The notes under the pieces were generated by a model, which saw only the letters and a program-made list of their open reading frames with translations, was not told where the DNA came from and did no database searches. A stretch of 62,806 bases of DNA, filler included, from Basidiobolus ranarum (Eukaryota), in the NCBI GenBank assembly GCA_040143965.1. It is 21 parts of 21 records of this genome, joined end to end, with 100 filler letters (N's around TTAATTAATTAA, not from the genome) between each part and the next. Parts side by side here need not be neighbours in the genome. Positions count along the whole stretch, not along the records: positions 50,963 to 53,850 come from JASJQH010009769.1; positions 53,951 to 56,836 come from JASJQH010009770.1; positions 56,937 to 59,821 come from JASJQH010009771.1; positions 59,922 to 62,806 come from JASJQH010009772.1; 17 more parts are not named here. One strand, 5' to 3'. The position numbers and the translations under genes are program-made. Positions 51,070 to 62,806 of this stretch are shown in pieces. Numbering within the stretch: the first letter of the stretch is position 1; each line of letters begins with the position of its first letter.

Positions 51070-51781
51070 GTTACTAGTGTTGTACTCACGGATTTCCTGT
51101 GTATTGAAAGAGACCAAACTCCATTTTTATAACCACTTTCATCTCATGTACACGAACATTTTACCTCTGGGAACTCTCTGGTAATAAGACATAAGCCTGT
51201 CTAAAAAACAAGTCAATGAGGGTAAATTAATTGCAAAGGTACTTGTTCCTCTTGTCATCAATCCTGAATAGTTTCTATAAAAGTTAGAAGTGAAAGTTGT
51301 ACTTGGTAGCACATTCCAATGTACATATGATTCTAAAGCGCTTTTAGTGAGGATGTGTGTAATTCCCTTTTCGTGTAACTCCGCAGACGGTTCATTTAAA
51401 TCAGAGATTTGTTAAAGCATTCCACTGGTTTTTAATAATATTTACTTACGCCAACCTGAATGCAACACAATACTGAAGATCTTGCTATATTTTCAGTTTC
51501 ACGAATGCCATAAACTGCAATAACTTAGCGGGAAGCCCATCACAATTATCCCAAATTTGGCACTCATAGTATTCTCTACCGTTAGAGAGTATTCTACAAT
51601 CAACGGTATGAATTAATCGCTACAGTTGGATCAACTCTGGGGATTGATCGATATAACAGAATTATATTGAGAGTTTATTTCCATCACAATATACAAGAAA
51701 AGCAAGAAACGGGACAAAAAGAAAAGGATATAAAACAAGTAACACTAAGATCGCTCAACGAGATACTGATGCATTCTAACA

Positions 51782-52895
51782 CTAATTTCTAACACATTCG
51801 ACAAATGCCTGTCGCATCTTCTTCACGAAAGTATAGAAATCCCGGTTTTCATTCAATGAGTCAAGTAGGCTGTTCAAACTCTCCACCATTGGTTGGCATA
51901 CAGGGACTATGATAGATAATGAATTTCAGTGAGTCAGTGATAGAAGAATAGCCATGCGATGTAGGGTTACCTTTGTAGGTGCGTTGACTGACATCCATGG
52001 TGAATTTGAATTCACGGGAATGATTGTTAGCATCAATATTAGTGAACAGAAAAGTGATACGATCCTCTGCAAAATACGTTAGTACGAATTCCCCTCCTCA
52101 ATAACCACAGTAGGACCAATAACATACCCTCATCACCAATGATACTCAACGCCAATTTCTCTTCATAAAAGTTCAACTCTGGCTCATTCAATACTTGTTG
52201 TGACTGAAGGGCTTGCACTTGAATCGCACGTTCTAGGTTGAATTGATCAAGAATCAATATTATAGTATTGAGCAATAAAAGTTGACGTTCTTCGATTTAC
52301 CTTGCTTTTTCTTGCGAATTTCTTCACGTACAAGACGAATCTGTTGAAGAAGTGATTCTTCTTTACTTTTCGAATCCTTATTATTCTTTTGTAGGTTAGC
52401 AAGATCAGTCTTTAGTTCAGCGATACGACGTTTTTCTTTATCCAAGTCTAGTCCATGAAACAAAGAGATGGGTTGGTAGAAGGTTAATATGGATTCTTAT
52501 CTATGAAAATACTGCTTTTGGTTCTCAAATAGCAAACAACCACTCACTCTTAGACAAGTTTGTTTCTTCACTTTGATAGTATTCCGTTTCCGACTTCAAC
52601 TTATTCGAGGTTTCTATTAAGTTAAAACCAAGGAGAAGAAAAAGAACATCTCCCAAGGTTAGTTCATATATTTCATTTAAGAAAGGAAACTATCAGTACA
52701 CGAACCGTTTAATTCGGTCAAATTTTTCAACCAATCTTGACGTTTACTTAAGATTTCTTCTTTTCCATTTTTTATAAACGTATCGAACTGCTTTAAGAAA
52801 GTTTGTAGAGAAGTACGAAGACCGTCAGCGGCAAAATTGACGTTAGGTAAAGAAAGGTCCGAGTTGGTGGTAACAAAATTCGTTTGTCCAAGCAT
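51782..52895 (-). CDS. SPC25: Kinetochore Ndc80-complex subunit Spc25 (multi-exon, apparently complete)
   Basis: Coiled coil, then NEPELNFYEEKLALSIIG..EDRITFLFTNID...EFKFTMDVSQRTYKVPVCQPMVESL...LNENRDFYTFVKKMRQAF and a stop, with GT-AG introns. Confidence 0.85.
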
Positions 52896-53309
52896 ATTTA
52901 AAGAGAATGGTCAAGACTATACAATAAGAGAAATTGGATAAAGTAGAGGCGGAATGGATATCAATGTTCCTGAAGAATGAATTTGAGAATTAGGCGAATT
53001 CAAAACAACATTCTCTTAACACTCCATATATCTCTCAAATGTAAACAAATCGATCCACCAATAAAGATCAGAGACTCGTTTATTTTGACATCGTTTAATG
53101 CTGATCAATTGGGCCAAGGTTAATGAAATTAATCTTCAAAAATGGTCTGAAGCTGGGGAAATGATTAAGTAATTGGGCCAGAAGCTTTGTTAGATAGAAT
53201 GATGCCTTTATTAAAGAGTGGTTGTTATCAATGAGGCAAGTAACATCCGAGGAGAGTTATTCTATTTCTCCACAGAAAATGAGATCAAGTCCAATAAAAA
53301 ACTAGAGTA

Positions 53310-53850
53310 TTACAACTTGAGTGCCTCCAATTCCTTCAACAGATTTTGTTCCGATTTTATCTTCTCAATCTAAACAGAACAGTGCGGGTGCAGATGGAAT
53401 GTTAATATAGGCAAGTTCTAGATAAAGAAATGCTTCGGAATTACCTGAGTAGATTCGAGAGTTTCCCCCTTGGCTTGGCGTTCTTTGAGATCAGTGATTT
53501 GTCTAAGCTTCTTGGTAAGGTTACGTATTTTCTTTTCTTTCTCATCTACTCCAGTAACACCTGATTTGAGCGCTCCGTCCTGAGAGTTTTTGGTTGGTGG
53601 AGCTGAGGCTGTGCAATGGGTAGAGAGTAGGGATGATTAGTGCCACTGTGTGTAAACATTATTTCCAAGATAAAAGACAAACCTTCTTCCTGTAGGTTGA
53701 GATGATCAGAGATTACGAAGGATTTATGTTGTGTTTAGTCCCACGAAACGCTATCGATTGGTTTTCAATGAACAAGCTTACCTCTTGGTGCTTCTTCTTG
53801 GCCTCACGCTTCTTCTTATTCTTCAAAGCTGCTTTACTCACTAAAATGAT
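53310..53850 (-). CDS. eIF2A: Translation initiation factor eIF2A C-terminus; 5' truncated
   Basis: SKAALKNKKKREAKKK...EKKIRNLTKKLRQITDLKERQAKGETLESTQ|IEKIKSEQNLLKELEALKL*. Confidence 0.85.
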
Positions 53851-53950
53851 NNNNNNNNNNNNNNNNNNNNNNNNNNNNNNNNNNNNNNNNNNNNTTAATT
53901 AATTAANNNNNNNNNNNNNNNNNNNNNNNNNNNNNNNNNNNNNNNNNNNN

Positions 53951-54586
53951 CCAATTCCTCTAATTCTCCAAACCACTTCCAACAGGCTCCCAAATACTTT
54001 AACAGCTAATCCATATATTGCACTTAAGTAAGTTAACATTATTTTGTCAAATAGCACTTAGCTCAAAATCATAACATATATTTTATATATCTATGAATAA
54101 TCTGAGAATTAGCAATTTTGTACTGGAGATATCAATCTCCTCCAAATAAAGATAGCTCATTTTACTCCCACTGATGTTCTGAACACAACCCCAGTGTTAG
54201 TCTTCTGTATTTCCACCAAAAAGTATAAATGCTGTATTTCTTGTCAATAAATAAGTATCCCACAAATTAATCACAACTTTATTTTTCTAAAGTTCCTTCA
54301 AACAGCCCATATTTTCCCAATAGGTTATGATCCCCATGTTCCACCTTTTTAGCATGACAGAAACAACTACTACCACCAATATTGAAGTCAAGTGAATAAC
54401 TTGGAGAAACATAAAATTTCTGTAGGTTCAAGATTTAAATCAAGCCAGAGGACAGGGAGCTTTGGGATGTTGCCTTTAGAGATGAAAAGGAACCATCCAA
54501 CACTTCTTTACTGGAAGCTTTTAAGAAAATTGACAAGAAGGCCTTTAATGTTATTTGTCAAAGCTTATATTGAGGCCTCATATAGC
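53951..54586 (+). mobile_element. LTR-A 3' end (53951-54004), then LTR-C (54005-54322), PBS variant GGTTATGATCCC (54323-54334) and gag start
   Basis: Homology to the other LTR-A and LTR-C copies. Confidence 0.82.
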
Positions 54587-55101
54587 CCCTAACAGAAATT
54601 TGAGGATGGTTATTGTAAGAAAACCATCACAATTTCAATCTATTTTGAGTTGGCCATTTTCTTACCATCATATAATTGTCAAGTTAGATCCAATTTTAAT
54701 TGATTTTTTTAGTTTCAGGACTGAAATTTAAAGATTTTGCAAAATAATAGCATGTGTTTGGCTACAAAAGTAGAAAACTATGGTTCAACCCATGTGTGAA
54801 AAACATAACCCAAATTTTTTGTAGTGACCACCTGAATACTATTTCTCACCTTTGAAATCCCTAGTTTCTTTGATATATTCTCCTGAATAATGTTATAAAG
54901 TACTTCATACCCAAGGTTTAGCTCATATTGAACACAAGTTTGTATCAGTATCTCCATCAAGCCCACCATTATATTAATGTTGCAGAACAAACATTCTTCC
55001 AGCTATCTGGTGGATATCCTGCAATACTGTGCCACTCTGTATTAAGTTCTTGCCAGATATGTTCATAGTCAACACCAAACTGAAGGCCAAGTTGAATATT
55101 C
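54587..55101 (-). mobile_element. CACTA-like ORF2-side terminus inserted in copia-C gag
   Basis: Begins CCCTAACAGAAATTTGAGGATGG. Confidence 0.88.
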
Positions 55102-56537
55102 TGTTAAAGATTTGGGAGCCTGTTGGAGGTGGTTTGGTATATTAGAGAAATTGATGGTTTTCACTTATTGATTTATTAAGTAGAACATTGACATTTATAG
55201 TTTTGTCAAGATGTAAACAAACTAACATGTAGAATGCGTGAAGGAAAGTCCCAAGAATATATGTGCAAAGTTTGGAGCTTTTACAACAAGTTTGAAAAAT
55301 CTATACATCTGAGAACTTCTAGGGTGGTAAAAATATTCTAAGTACATTCCTATTGAGAAAAATGGATAACATCTCAATGAAATATAGATAACAAAGTACT
55401 AAGCTATATATAAATATATAGGTGTTTAGGCAGTGCTAATTTCAACACTCTCCCTCAACTAAATAGTCATGCAAACTATCCTACTAAAGGTTTAAATTTC
55501 TTAAATTTCTGTGTAGCTAATGGTTTGGTTAATATATCAGCAATCAGTTGAAGTTAGCATTGCCTAAACACCTATATAGTCATATATAGCTTAGTACTTA
55601 GTTATCTTATAATTCACTAAGATATTATCAATTATTCTCAATTGGAATTTACTTAGAATATTTTTACCAACTTAGAAGTTCTCAGATATATAGATTTTTC
55701 AAAGAAGCCCCAAACTTTGCACACATGTTCCTGGGACCTTCCTTAACATATTCTACACGTTAGTTTGTTTACATCTTGACAAAACTATAAATGTCAACTT
55801 TCTACTCAATAAATCAATAAGTGAAAACCACCAATTCCTCTAATTCTCCAAACCACTTCCAACAGGCTCCCAAATACTTTAACACATTCATGTCTTCTGT
55901 AGAACAATAAGGTAAGTCAATAAACTTATTCTGTATGATCCCACTAATGAAGTCATGCTTGATATCTATATGTTTGCTTCTATTATGAAATGTGGGATTT
56001 TCAACTAATTGGATACAGCTTTGATTAGCTTGAAATATTGTAGTTGGTAAATTTTCTGAATAATCTAAATTTGTAAAGAGTTTTCTTAACCATATTGCTT
56101 CCTTTGTTGCTTCACAGGCAGCCATCTATTCCGCTTCTGTTGTTGAAAGTGCTATGGTAGGTTGTTTCTTTGAATTCCAAGAAATAACTCGATTACAGCA
56201 AAGATATAAGTTTCCTGTTCTAAATCTCCTACCTTCAATATCTCTTCCCCAATTTGCATATGAGTATCCCATCAGATTAAAGTATGATCCAGAATATGTG
56301 TATTTTAAGAACAGATCCACAGTACCTTTCAAATATCTGAAAATATATCTAACTATTATGAATTAATTGGATCCATAATTTTGAAGATCTTGGTACATAA
56401 CTCCTGCAGAATGTACAATATCCGGCCATGTTCCAACCATGATATATATCAGACTACCAACCATAGATGGATAGGAAATATCTGGCTTTCATTGGAATAC
56501 AAAAACATCTGCTGTGAGCCATGTTTGGTTAAGTTCA
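55102..56537 (-). mobile_element. Copia family A 3' end: 3' LTR-A (55102-55447), PPT, RNase H and RT end
   Basis: ctctccctcaa (PPT, reverse complement) next to the LTR; WNSKKQPTIALSTTEAE and HNRSKHIDIKHDFI. Confidence 0.92.
55546..55884 (+). mobile_element. Solo LTR-A inserted antisense into the RNase H of a family-A element (TSD CAATC/CATTC)
   Basis: Removing the LTR and one TSD copy restores the EDM.ADILTKP region. Confidence 0.88.
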
Positions 56538-56836
56538 CCCTAACCAAAATTTGAGGATTGTTATTGTAGGAAAACTGTAACAATATTAATCCATTTTGGG
56601 TTGACTATTTATTTACCATCATAAAATCATCAAGTTAGATTTGATTTTAATCAATTTCTTCAGTTTCAGGAGTGAAATATAAAGATATTGCAAAATAGTT
56701 GCAGATGATTGGCTACAATCTCAGAGAACTATGGATCAACACATGTCCAAAAACAAAACTCAAATTTTACACATTTACCACTTGCATGCTAATATATCAC
56801 CTTTGAAATCTCTAGTTTCTTTGATATATTCTCCTG
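56538..56836 (-). mobile_element. CACTA-like ORF2-side terminus inserted in copia RT
   Basis: Begins CCCTAACCAAAATTTGAGGATTG. Confidence 0.88.
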
Positions 56837-56936
56837 NNNNNNNNNNNNNNNNNNNNNNNNNNNNNNNNNNNNNNNNNNNNTTAATTAATTAANNNNNNNN
56901 NNNNNNNNNNNNNNNNNNNNNNNNNNNNNNNNNNNN

Positions 56937-57488
56937 GGTAGTATTTCAACTGTTGATCCAAATATCAAAGGTAGTTTATACTTTTATAATAATTTTATTA
57001 AAGGTCCTTTAATAGAACGTATTCAAGACAATTCAAGTTGGGAACCATGGAAACCCAAATAAGTTATACCTGATGATGGATTTGATTTTTCTTATAGTTT
57101 AAAAAATAATCTGATATTGGGTAAAGCAAGAGTTTGTTTATCTAATTTAGACAAAATTTCTGGAACCCAAATAGAGGAATTAGAACTAGTTAATATGGAA
57201 CATGTTAGTCAAACATTCAGATCTTTTTATATTGGTAAAAACAAACTAAAATGGGTTCCAAAAATATTTTTAGAAAATCAAGATATAAAGACATTTGTGT
57301 TTAAAGATAATGCATTGCAAGAAGTAGAATTTCCACCAAATACAAGAACATTAAATCTTGATAATAATAATATTAGAAGATTTCTAACAAAGGATCCACC
57401 AAAATATTTAGTTTCTTGTAGTGTAAAACATAATCCAATTATGATGGTTTTGCAATCCAAAGGATGGATCCTATCCCAATCAAATTAA
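56937..57488 (+). pseudogene. AT-rich, intronless leucine-rich-repeat ORF with one internal stop; 5' truncated
   Basis: One frame from the contig edge with a single TAA at 57060-57062. LRR-like units: FRSFYIGKNKL, IKTFVFKDNAL, TRTLNLDNNNI, LVSCSVKHNPI. Confidence 0.65.
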
Positions 57489-57534
57489 ACTTATTTGGGT
57501 AACGTTTAGGTGAACTTGTTAAAACTTATCTATT

Positions 57535-57878
57535 TGAATTAAACTTTGCTACCAGAGCAACCATTTCAGCATAATCTATTCCTGATATTTAGGAATAGCC
57601 TTTGGCTACTAGTCTAGCCTTATTACTTTCTATATTGCCATCAGAGTAGTATTTAGCTTTAAGCAACTATTTGTAGCCAAATGATTTACTATCATCAGGT
57701 AAGTTGGTTAGAATCTAAGTTTGATTATCAATCAAATCCTGATACTAATCAGCCATTGAAGGTCTCCAATGCTTTGTGTGAAGGCCATCAAGGGCCTATT
57801 TAAAGTCTGGGGTTAATGTACTTCAGCTATGCAGACATAGGCCCAATTTTGGGACTCATTGATACGCTAATCAAGGCT
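57535..57878 (-). mobile_element. Copia RT N-terminal fragment, inverted
   Basis: Reverse complement of the 59360-59700 region (KARLVAKGYS..GIDY). Confidence 0.85.
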
Positions 57879-57879
57879 G

Positions 57880-59821
57880 TTGTATATTGATTCTAGAGCC
57901 ACCCAACATTTCAGAGATGAAAAACATTGGTTTGTGGATTATGAAGAAATCATAATTGGAAAGGTTTTCATGGGAGATGATTATTCATTGGATGCCATTG
58001 GAATGGTAACAATTCAAGTCAAATCAACTGGAGCTTCTGCAGAAAAGTGTATACTTTTAAGGATGTACTACATGTTCCAGATGTTGCCAAAAATTTAATA
58101 TCTGTATACAAGGCCACCTCAGAAGGGCTAAAATTCAAATTTAATAAGTCAGGATGCATCATCACTGATCAAAATAGAAATTATTTGGCTTTGGGAGAAA
58201 ATGATTGGAACTTGTACAAACTAATGTACAATCCAAGAGGTTTAAGTGTAAATGTAAGTTGTTCCAATCAAGAATCTATTCCATTATGGTATAAGAGATT
58301 TGGCCATATTGGATTTGATTATTTGAGCAAAATGATCATAAATTGGCTAATTTACAGAATTCAAATTAACCCCTAACCAAAATGGAAATTTGTGAGGGTT
58401 GTGCATATAAAAACAAGCCAGGTAACTGTTCAAGAGCTGTGGTTTAATCAAATATGTCAAAAAATTGGATCTAATTCATTAAGATTTGTGTGAACTTATG
58501 CAACATTTATCTTTAGGTGGAAAAAGATATTTAATCTCATTTATCAATAATTATGCAAGATACACCTGGGTCTATTTTATGGAAAGAAAAGAAAAAGCAC
58601 TCTCTATTTTTAGAGGTTCAAAACACTTGTGAGACTGAAACTGGAACTAAAATCAAGAAAATATATGCGATAATGGTGGAAAATATACTTCAACACTATT
58701 TCAACACATTTACAAAGTTCATGAAATTAAGCAAGAAACTCCTGCCCCTTATTCATTTCAACAAAATTGAGCTGTTGAAAAAGCTAACAGACTACAATAG
58801 AAATGGCAAGATCTATGTTAAATGCACAAAATATATCTCATAACCTTTGGGTGGAGTCTGATGATACAGCTGTATATGTGAAGAATAGGAGTTTTTCCAG
58901 AAGTCTGTCTAACTATACACCATATCAAGCTTGGTTTGGAGTTAAACCTGATGTAAAACATTTGAGGATCTTTGGATACATTGCTTATGTCAAAATTATG
59001 CCCAAAAATTGGTCTAAATTTCATCCAAAGAGTAATAAATGCATATTTGTGGGTTATTGTACTAAAACTAAGGCCTACAGACTCTATGATACCAAAATTT
59101 GTAAGTTAATCAAGTCAAGGCATGTTTTGTTTAATAAAAATGAAATATTTCACCAAAAATGACCTCAGATGATGATAAAAATCAATTCTCTCCTGATCCA
59201 ATCATTCATATTGATTCAAACCAGAACAATAAAGGAAATAGCATTCCTGTGGACCCTTCATGCAAAACTTTGCCTACTGAAGTGCCCAATAGAATGCCAG
59301 AAGTTGTAGTATTATTATCCTAAGCCAGAATATCAAATTGAACCAGAAATAGCCCAGATAACAATGTCAATGAGTCCTGATATTAGCCTATGCCTTCACA
59401 GCTCAAATACATGAACCCCAGACTGTAAAAGAGGCCCCAAATGGCCCTCACAGAGAATTTTGGAGATCTGTAATGGCTGATGAGTACCAGGCTTTGATTG
59501 ATAATCAAACTTGGGTTTCAACCAACTCGCCTGATGATAGAAAATCAATTGACTGTTGATGGGTGTTTAAAGATAAATACCACTCTGATGGCAATATGGA
59601 AATGTACAAGGCTAGACTAGTAGCCAAAGGCTATTCCCAAACACCAGGAATAGATTACAAAGAAACTTTTGCTTCTGTAGCAAAGTCTAATTCAATTAGA
59701 TTGATCTTAGCAATTTCAGTTAAAAAAGTGTTTATTATTCATCAAGTGGATGGTAAAACTGCATTTTGAATGGTGAGCTGGCTGAGGAGACCTATAGCGA
59801 CCAGCAAGATAGATTTGTGAA
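57880..59821 (+). mobile_element. Copia family A protease, integrase and RT start, degenerate
   Basis: YIDSRATQH, LWYKRFGHIG, MARSML...TAVYVKNR...HLRIFG...KCIFVGY and YKARLVAKGYSQTPGIDY. Confidence 0.95.
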
Positions 59822-59921
59822 NNNNNNNNNNNNNNNNNNNNNNNNNNNNNNNNNNNNNNNNNNNNTTAATTAATTAANNNNNNNNNNNNNNNNNNNNNNN
59901 NNNNNNNNNNNNNNNNNNNNN

Positions 59922-61204
59922 GCATTTTGCTACCTCGAGAAATCAGTTCTTTGGCAGAGTAATACTTCTTCGTCAAGACAAATAGCAGAGTGGTGGAGAA
60001 GAGAATGCAGAGAATGATCGCGAAGAAAAGAATGGTTTGTGTTTTACTTAGGAATGGTTGTATTTTGGATGGGTAGCATATAATTTCCCATTCTCTATCA
60101 CCAAACGGTAATTTTTGAACGGAAATGTTAGTATCTTTAGAGACAGAATTGCCTTCTACCTCACTGTAGATGACGCTGCCATTATCAGTATTATCAACTA
60201 GTCGAATAATGGTCCCATCAAAAAGACGAATAGTACTTTTCAGTACAGTATCAATCCTTATGCTAATACTGATCAATCCTAGGACATTTTCGTGTAGTAA
60301 GGTGTCATTGTTCTTGATAATATCGTAGTCACCTTTGTTAGTTATACTGATGTCTCGCAATACTGGCAAATAAATACGGAATCCATCTATATTTGTGGTG
60401 GAAAATGGCCTTATCGGTGAGACTGCGGCCTTTAATGTCCCCAGAGCCTTTTGAACGGTGCCCGTTTGATCAGCGCGTAAAATATCGATTCCTAAGAGAG
60501 TGTGTTAGTTGCTTTTAGTATGGAAATGGAGGTAGTGGCTATACATACCGAGATAAGCATCATCATAATCGATTCCATAAAGTATCGGGTAGTATACGAG
60601 TTGAGATTGATCAGAATTGTTGGTTGTTGATGGATGATTTGATATGCGCAAGTTGTTGATTTCTTCCCAGGCTGCCCTCTCACTTTGCTTGACTTGTGGA
60701 TGCTTGATACGAAAAAGTCAATACTAGTAGAGTTGCTGATAAATGAAAATAAATTACCCATGCTAATGAGTAGTCCAAACTATCTTTTGTAGAGTATTTG
60801 GAAAATGTGGAAAACATTTCGTAAGTAATATCTTGTTGAGTAGAGCCCACAAAGTGGGCATGGCTATTCAATTCTCTAATTAGCCGAGACAAAGCAGTTT
60901 TAAGAATATTTGTGTTTTGTCGACAATTTCCACTGAGTTGCTGTTGAATCTGATCTTGATCTAGTCGTAGTGAGTAATGAAATAACTGACCACCAAGAGC
61001 GACAGTTATCGCGATCCAAGCGAGACAAATGAAGAAAATTTTACAGTGTCGGTAAAAGCGAGTTTTCTTGGTACTGCCCCTGGCTCCGATAGGTGCATTG
61101 TAATTTCCACCAGTCTTATCATCCAGTATCTCATCGTTGCTTAGTATATCGAAAAATACAGCGCCCCCGTTGGAGCTCTTTCGTGTTGTGAGCGGTATTT
61201 CCAT
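59922..61204 (-). CDS. Membrane sensor with an extracellular CHASE domain (TM-CHASE-TM), probably a hybrid histidine kinase; 3' truncated
   Basis: Exons 61204-60758, 60702-60549 and 60491-59922. TM1 IFFICLAWIAITVALGG; CHASE motifs AWHPQV..SERAAWE, YYPILY, YLGIDI, AVSP...GFRIYLPV, VLGLI and FGDREWEIIC; TM2 ILFFAIILCILFSTTLLFVL. Confidence 0.85.
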
Positions 61205-62586
61205 TAATAAAGAGCAAAGCTTGACATTGCACAATAATCTTGTTCAGCACCAGTCATGGAAATTGGAGTATCTTATAAATATGGCAAATCAGAAATCTCT
61301 AGGCCACGCAAGTCTGTAATTAACTGGATGCATTGCACCAAGTCTAATTAGTAATGTGCTGGCAATATACGAATCGAGTTTTCGATGGACTGAATGAAGT
61401 TCAGAGGCTGCTTTTCATCTAGTGTTTGTAGTCCTTCCAAATAAAGTTTAGCCACCACAACGGTTTGTCGCTCGTTGTTGTCATTGGTCTTTGGTTCATT
61501 TGATTCAGATTATTAAGGTTTAAGCAAGTCAACAATAAGGGCATAAACAGATTCTTGAGATATATTGGTGATGTGCAACAAATATTAGTACCGATTGTCA
61601 TTTACCAACTTACTAAGATCGCTAACAACAAATATGGAGGTGCCGAATTTTCGTTTGGAAGTATCTAATAAAAGAGTTGCCAATTACTCCAGATATAATC
61701 TACTATATTACACCTCACTACCACCAGTGAGTCCGAAAGTTCGGAATAATCTTAATAGAATATTCTCAGGGTGAATCACCATAATACTACCATAATTTAG
61801 CTACGGGTGGCAGTAATAAAGGACTGTGAAGGATGCAAGTCACAAGGTGGTGACTGAATGAACTATAATAAAACCTGGGAGTCGAATGTGCTTAAATACA
61901 ATGAAAATCATCCCGGGATGTTTAGGAGTGAAAGTTTCAGTATTTACAATTCCAACATACTTCTGATAGCCATACAATCATAGTATTTCTTATTGTGCAA
62001 TAACTAGGCCTTTGATATATGAATTTTAAATATGGACATGAATAGCCTGAAGTTCCACCAACGTCAAGACTAAGAACATAAACTTACAACATTCTCTACT
62101 TGATTAGTAGTACTGGTAAAGCTAAGAAACCATGGAATTCGTATGATTATATTTCATGTAAAATGTAAACCTGAAAGTACATCCTCTTTCACAATAATCA
62201 TTGATTTCTTCACACTTGGACATACGCAGGTGTAGTTATGTGCTAACTTGATATGCAAGATTTCAGTATTGATCGATGTACAAGAGTTAATGTTAGAATA
62301 GCAAATGCAACACAACAAACGTTCTACATAATTCAACTGATAATTTTAATATTTACCTCCCAATATTGTGACTGAGTTTATAGTTAGTATCACTAGCAAA
62401 TTGATTGGGAATGGAATATGTACAAGGTACTGTGCCAAAAAACATTTGAAGTAATAAATAAAACCAATCGTTTCTAATAAGAGCTGGCAATTGTTTGCAG
62501 TATGTACATTATTGGACAAGATATGCCACATTAAAATAAAAAGATACCAATTGTCATCATAGTGTCTGAAAATTATCATACCACCA

Positions 62587-62806
62587 TTAAATGCCTTGGG
62601 TCCTGTCATCATTTACCAGCTTACGATTATTCTGAGTCAGTAGTGCAAGTAAGTCTTCCTCTTTGATAGGCTTTGAGGCAAAGGCATCAAATCCCGCATC
62701 AACACAGGCCTGGTGATACTCTGAGGTAGTGTTGGCAGTAAGCGCAATAATTTGTCCCTCAAAACATAGTTTCTCTCGCATCGTACGGCCAGCCTCGACC
62801 CCGTCC
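62587..62806 (-). CDS. C-terminal receiver (REC) domain of a hybrid histidine kinase; 5' truncated
   Basis: DGVEAGRTMR...IIALTANTTSEYHQACVDAGFDAFASKPIKEEDLLALL. Confidence 0.9.
   Translation of the reverse strand, partial: DGVEAGRTMREKLCFEGQIIALTANTTSEYHQACVDAGFDAFASKPIKEEDLLALLTQNNRKLVNDDRTQGI

Noticed and set aside
2909..59921. Regularly spaced identical TTAATTAATTAA palindromes about every 3 kb, superficially like an array
   Set aside because: They sit inside fixed N44 pads between length-sorted contigs, so they are assembly linkers, not biology. No gene-cluster inference across linkers is valid.

Overview
This is not a contiguous locus. It is 21 short, unrelated contigs of a fragmented eukaryotic draft assembly, sorted by decreasing length (2908 to 2885 bp) and joined by an artificial 100-bp linker (N44-TTAATTAATTAA-N44), so adjacency is meaningful only within a contig. 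The host genes have short GT-AG introns and look fungal. The gene set suggests an early-diverging fungus, possibly Basidiobolus-like (inference). Host genes: p80/Ctr-like copper transporter N-terminus, zinc-dependent nucleoside deaminase, mitochondrially targeted bacterial-type Fe-S L-serine dehydratase, Snf2/Sth1, Dnm1, a probable GH18 chitinase start, Spc25, eIF2A, a CHASE-domain sensor next to a hybrid-kinase receiver domain, and a Nup155/170 pseudogene fragment. Most of the rest is nested, decayed, CpG-depleted transposon DNA. It includes several Ty1/copia families (two with half-tRNA-iMet primer sites, plus solo LTRs with 5-bp TSDs) and two other LTR families that may be Gypsy. It also includes a CACTA/EnSpm (tnp2) family with CCCTAACA termini and a divergent uncharacterised second ORF, and a compact IS5/ISL2-like DDE_Tnp_4 family with TIRs of about 100 bp. 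One very AT-rich, intronless LRR ORF looks foreign. All calls come from motif recognition by eye; no searches were run.
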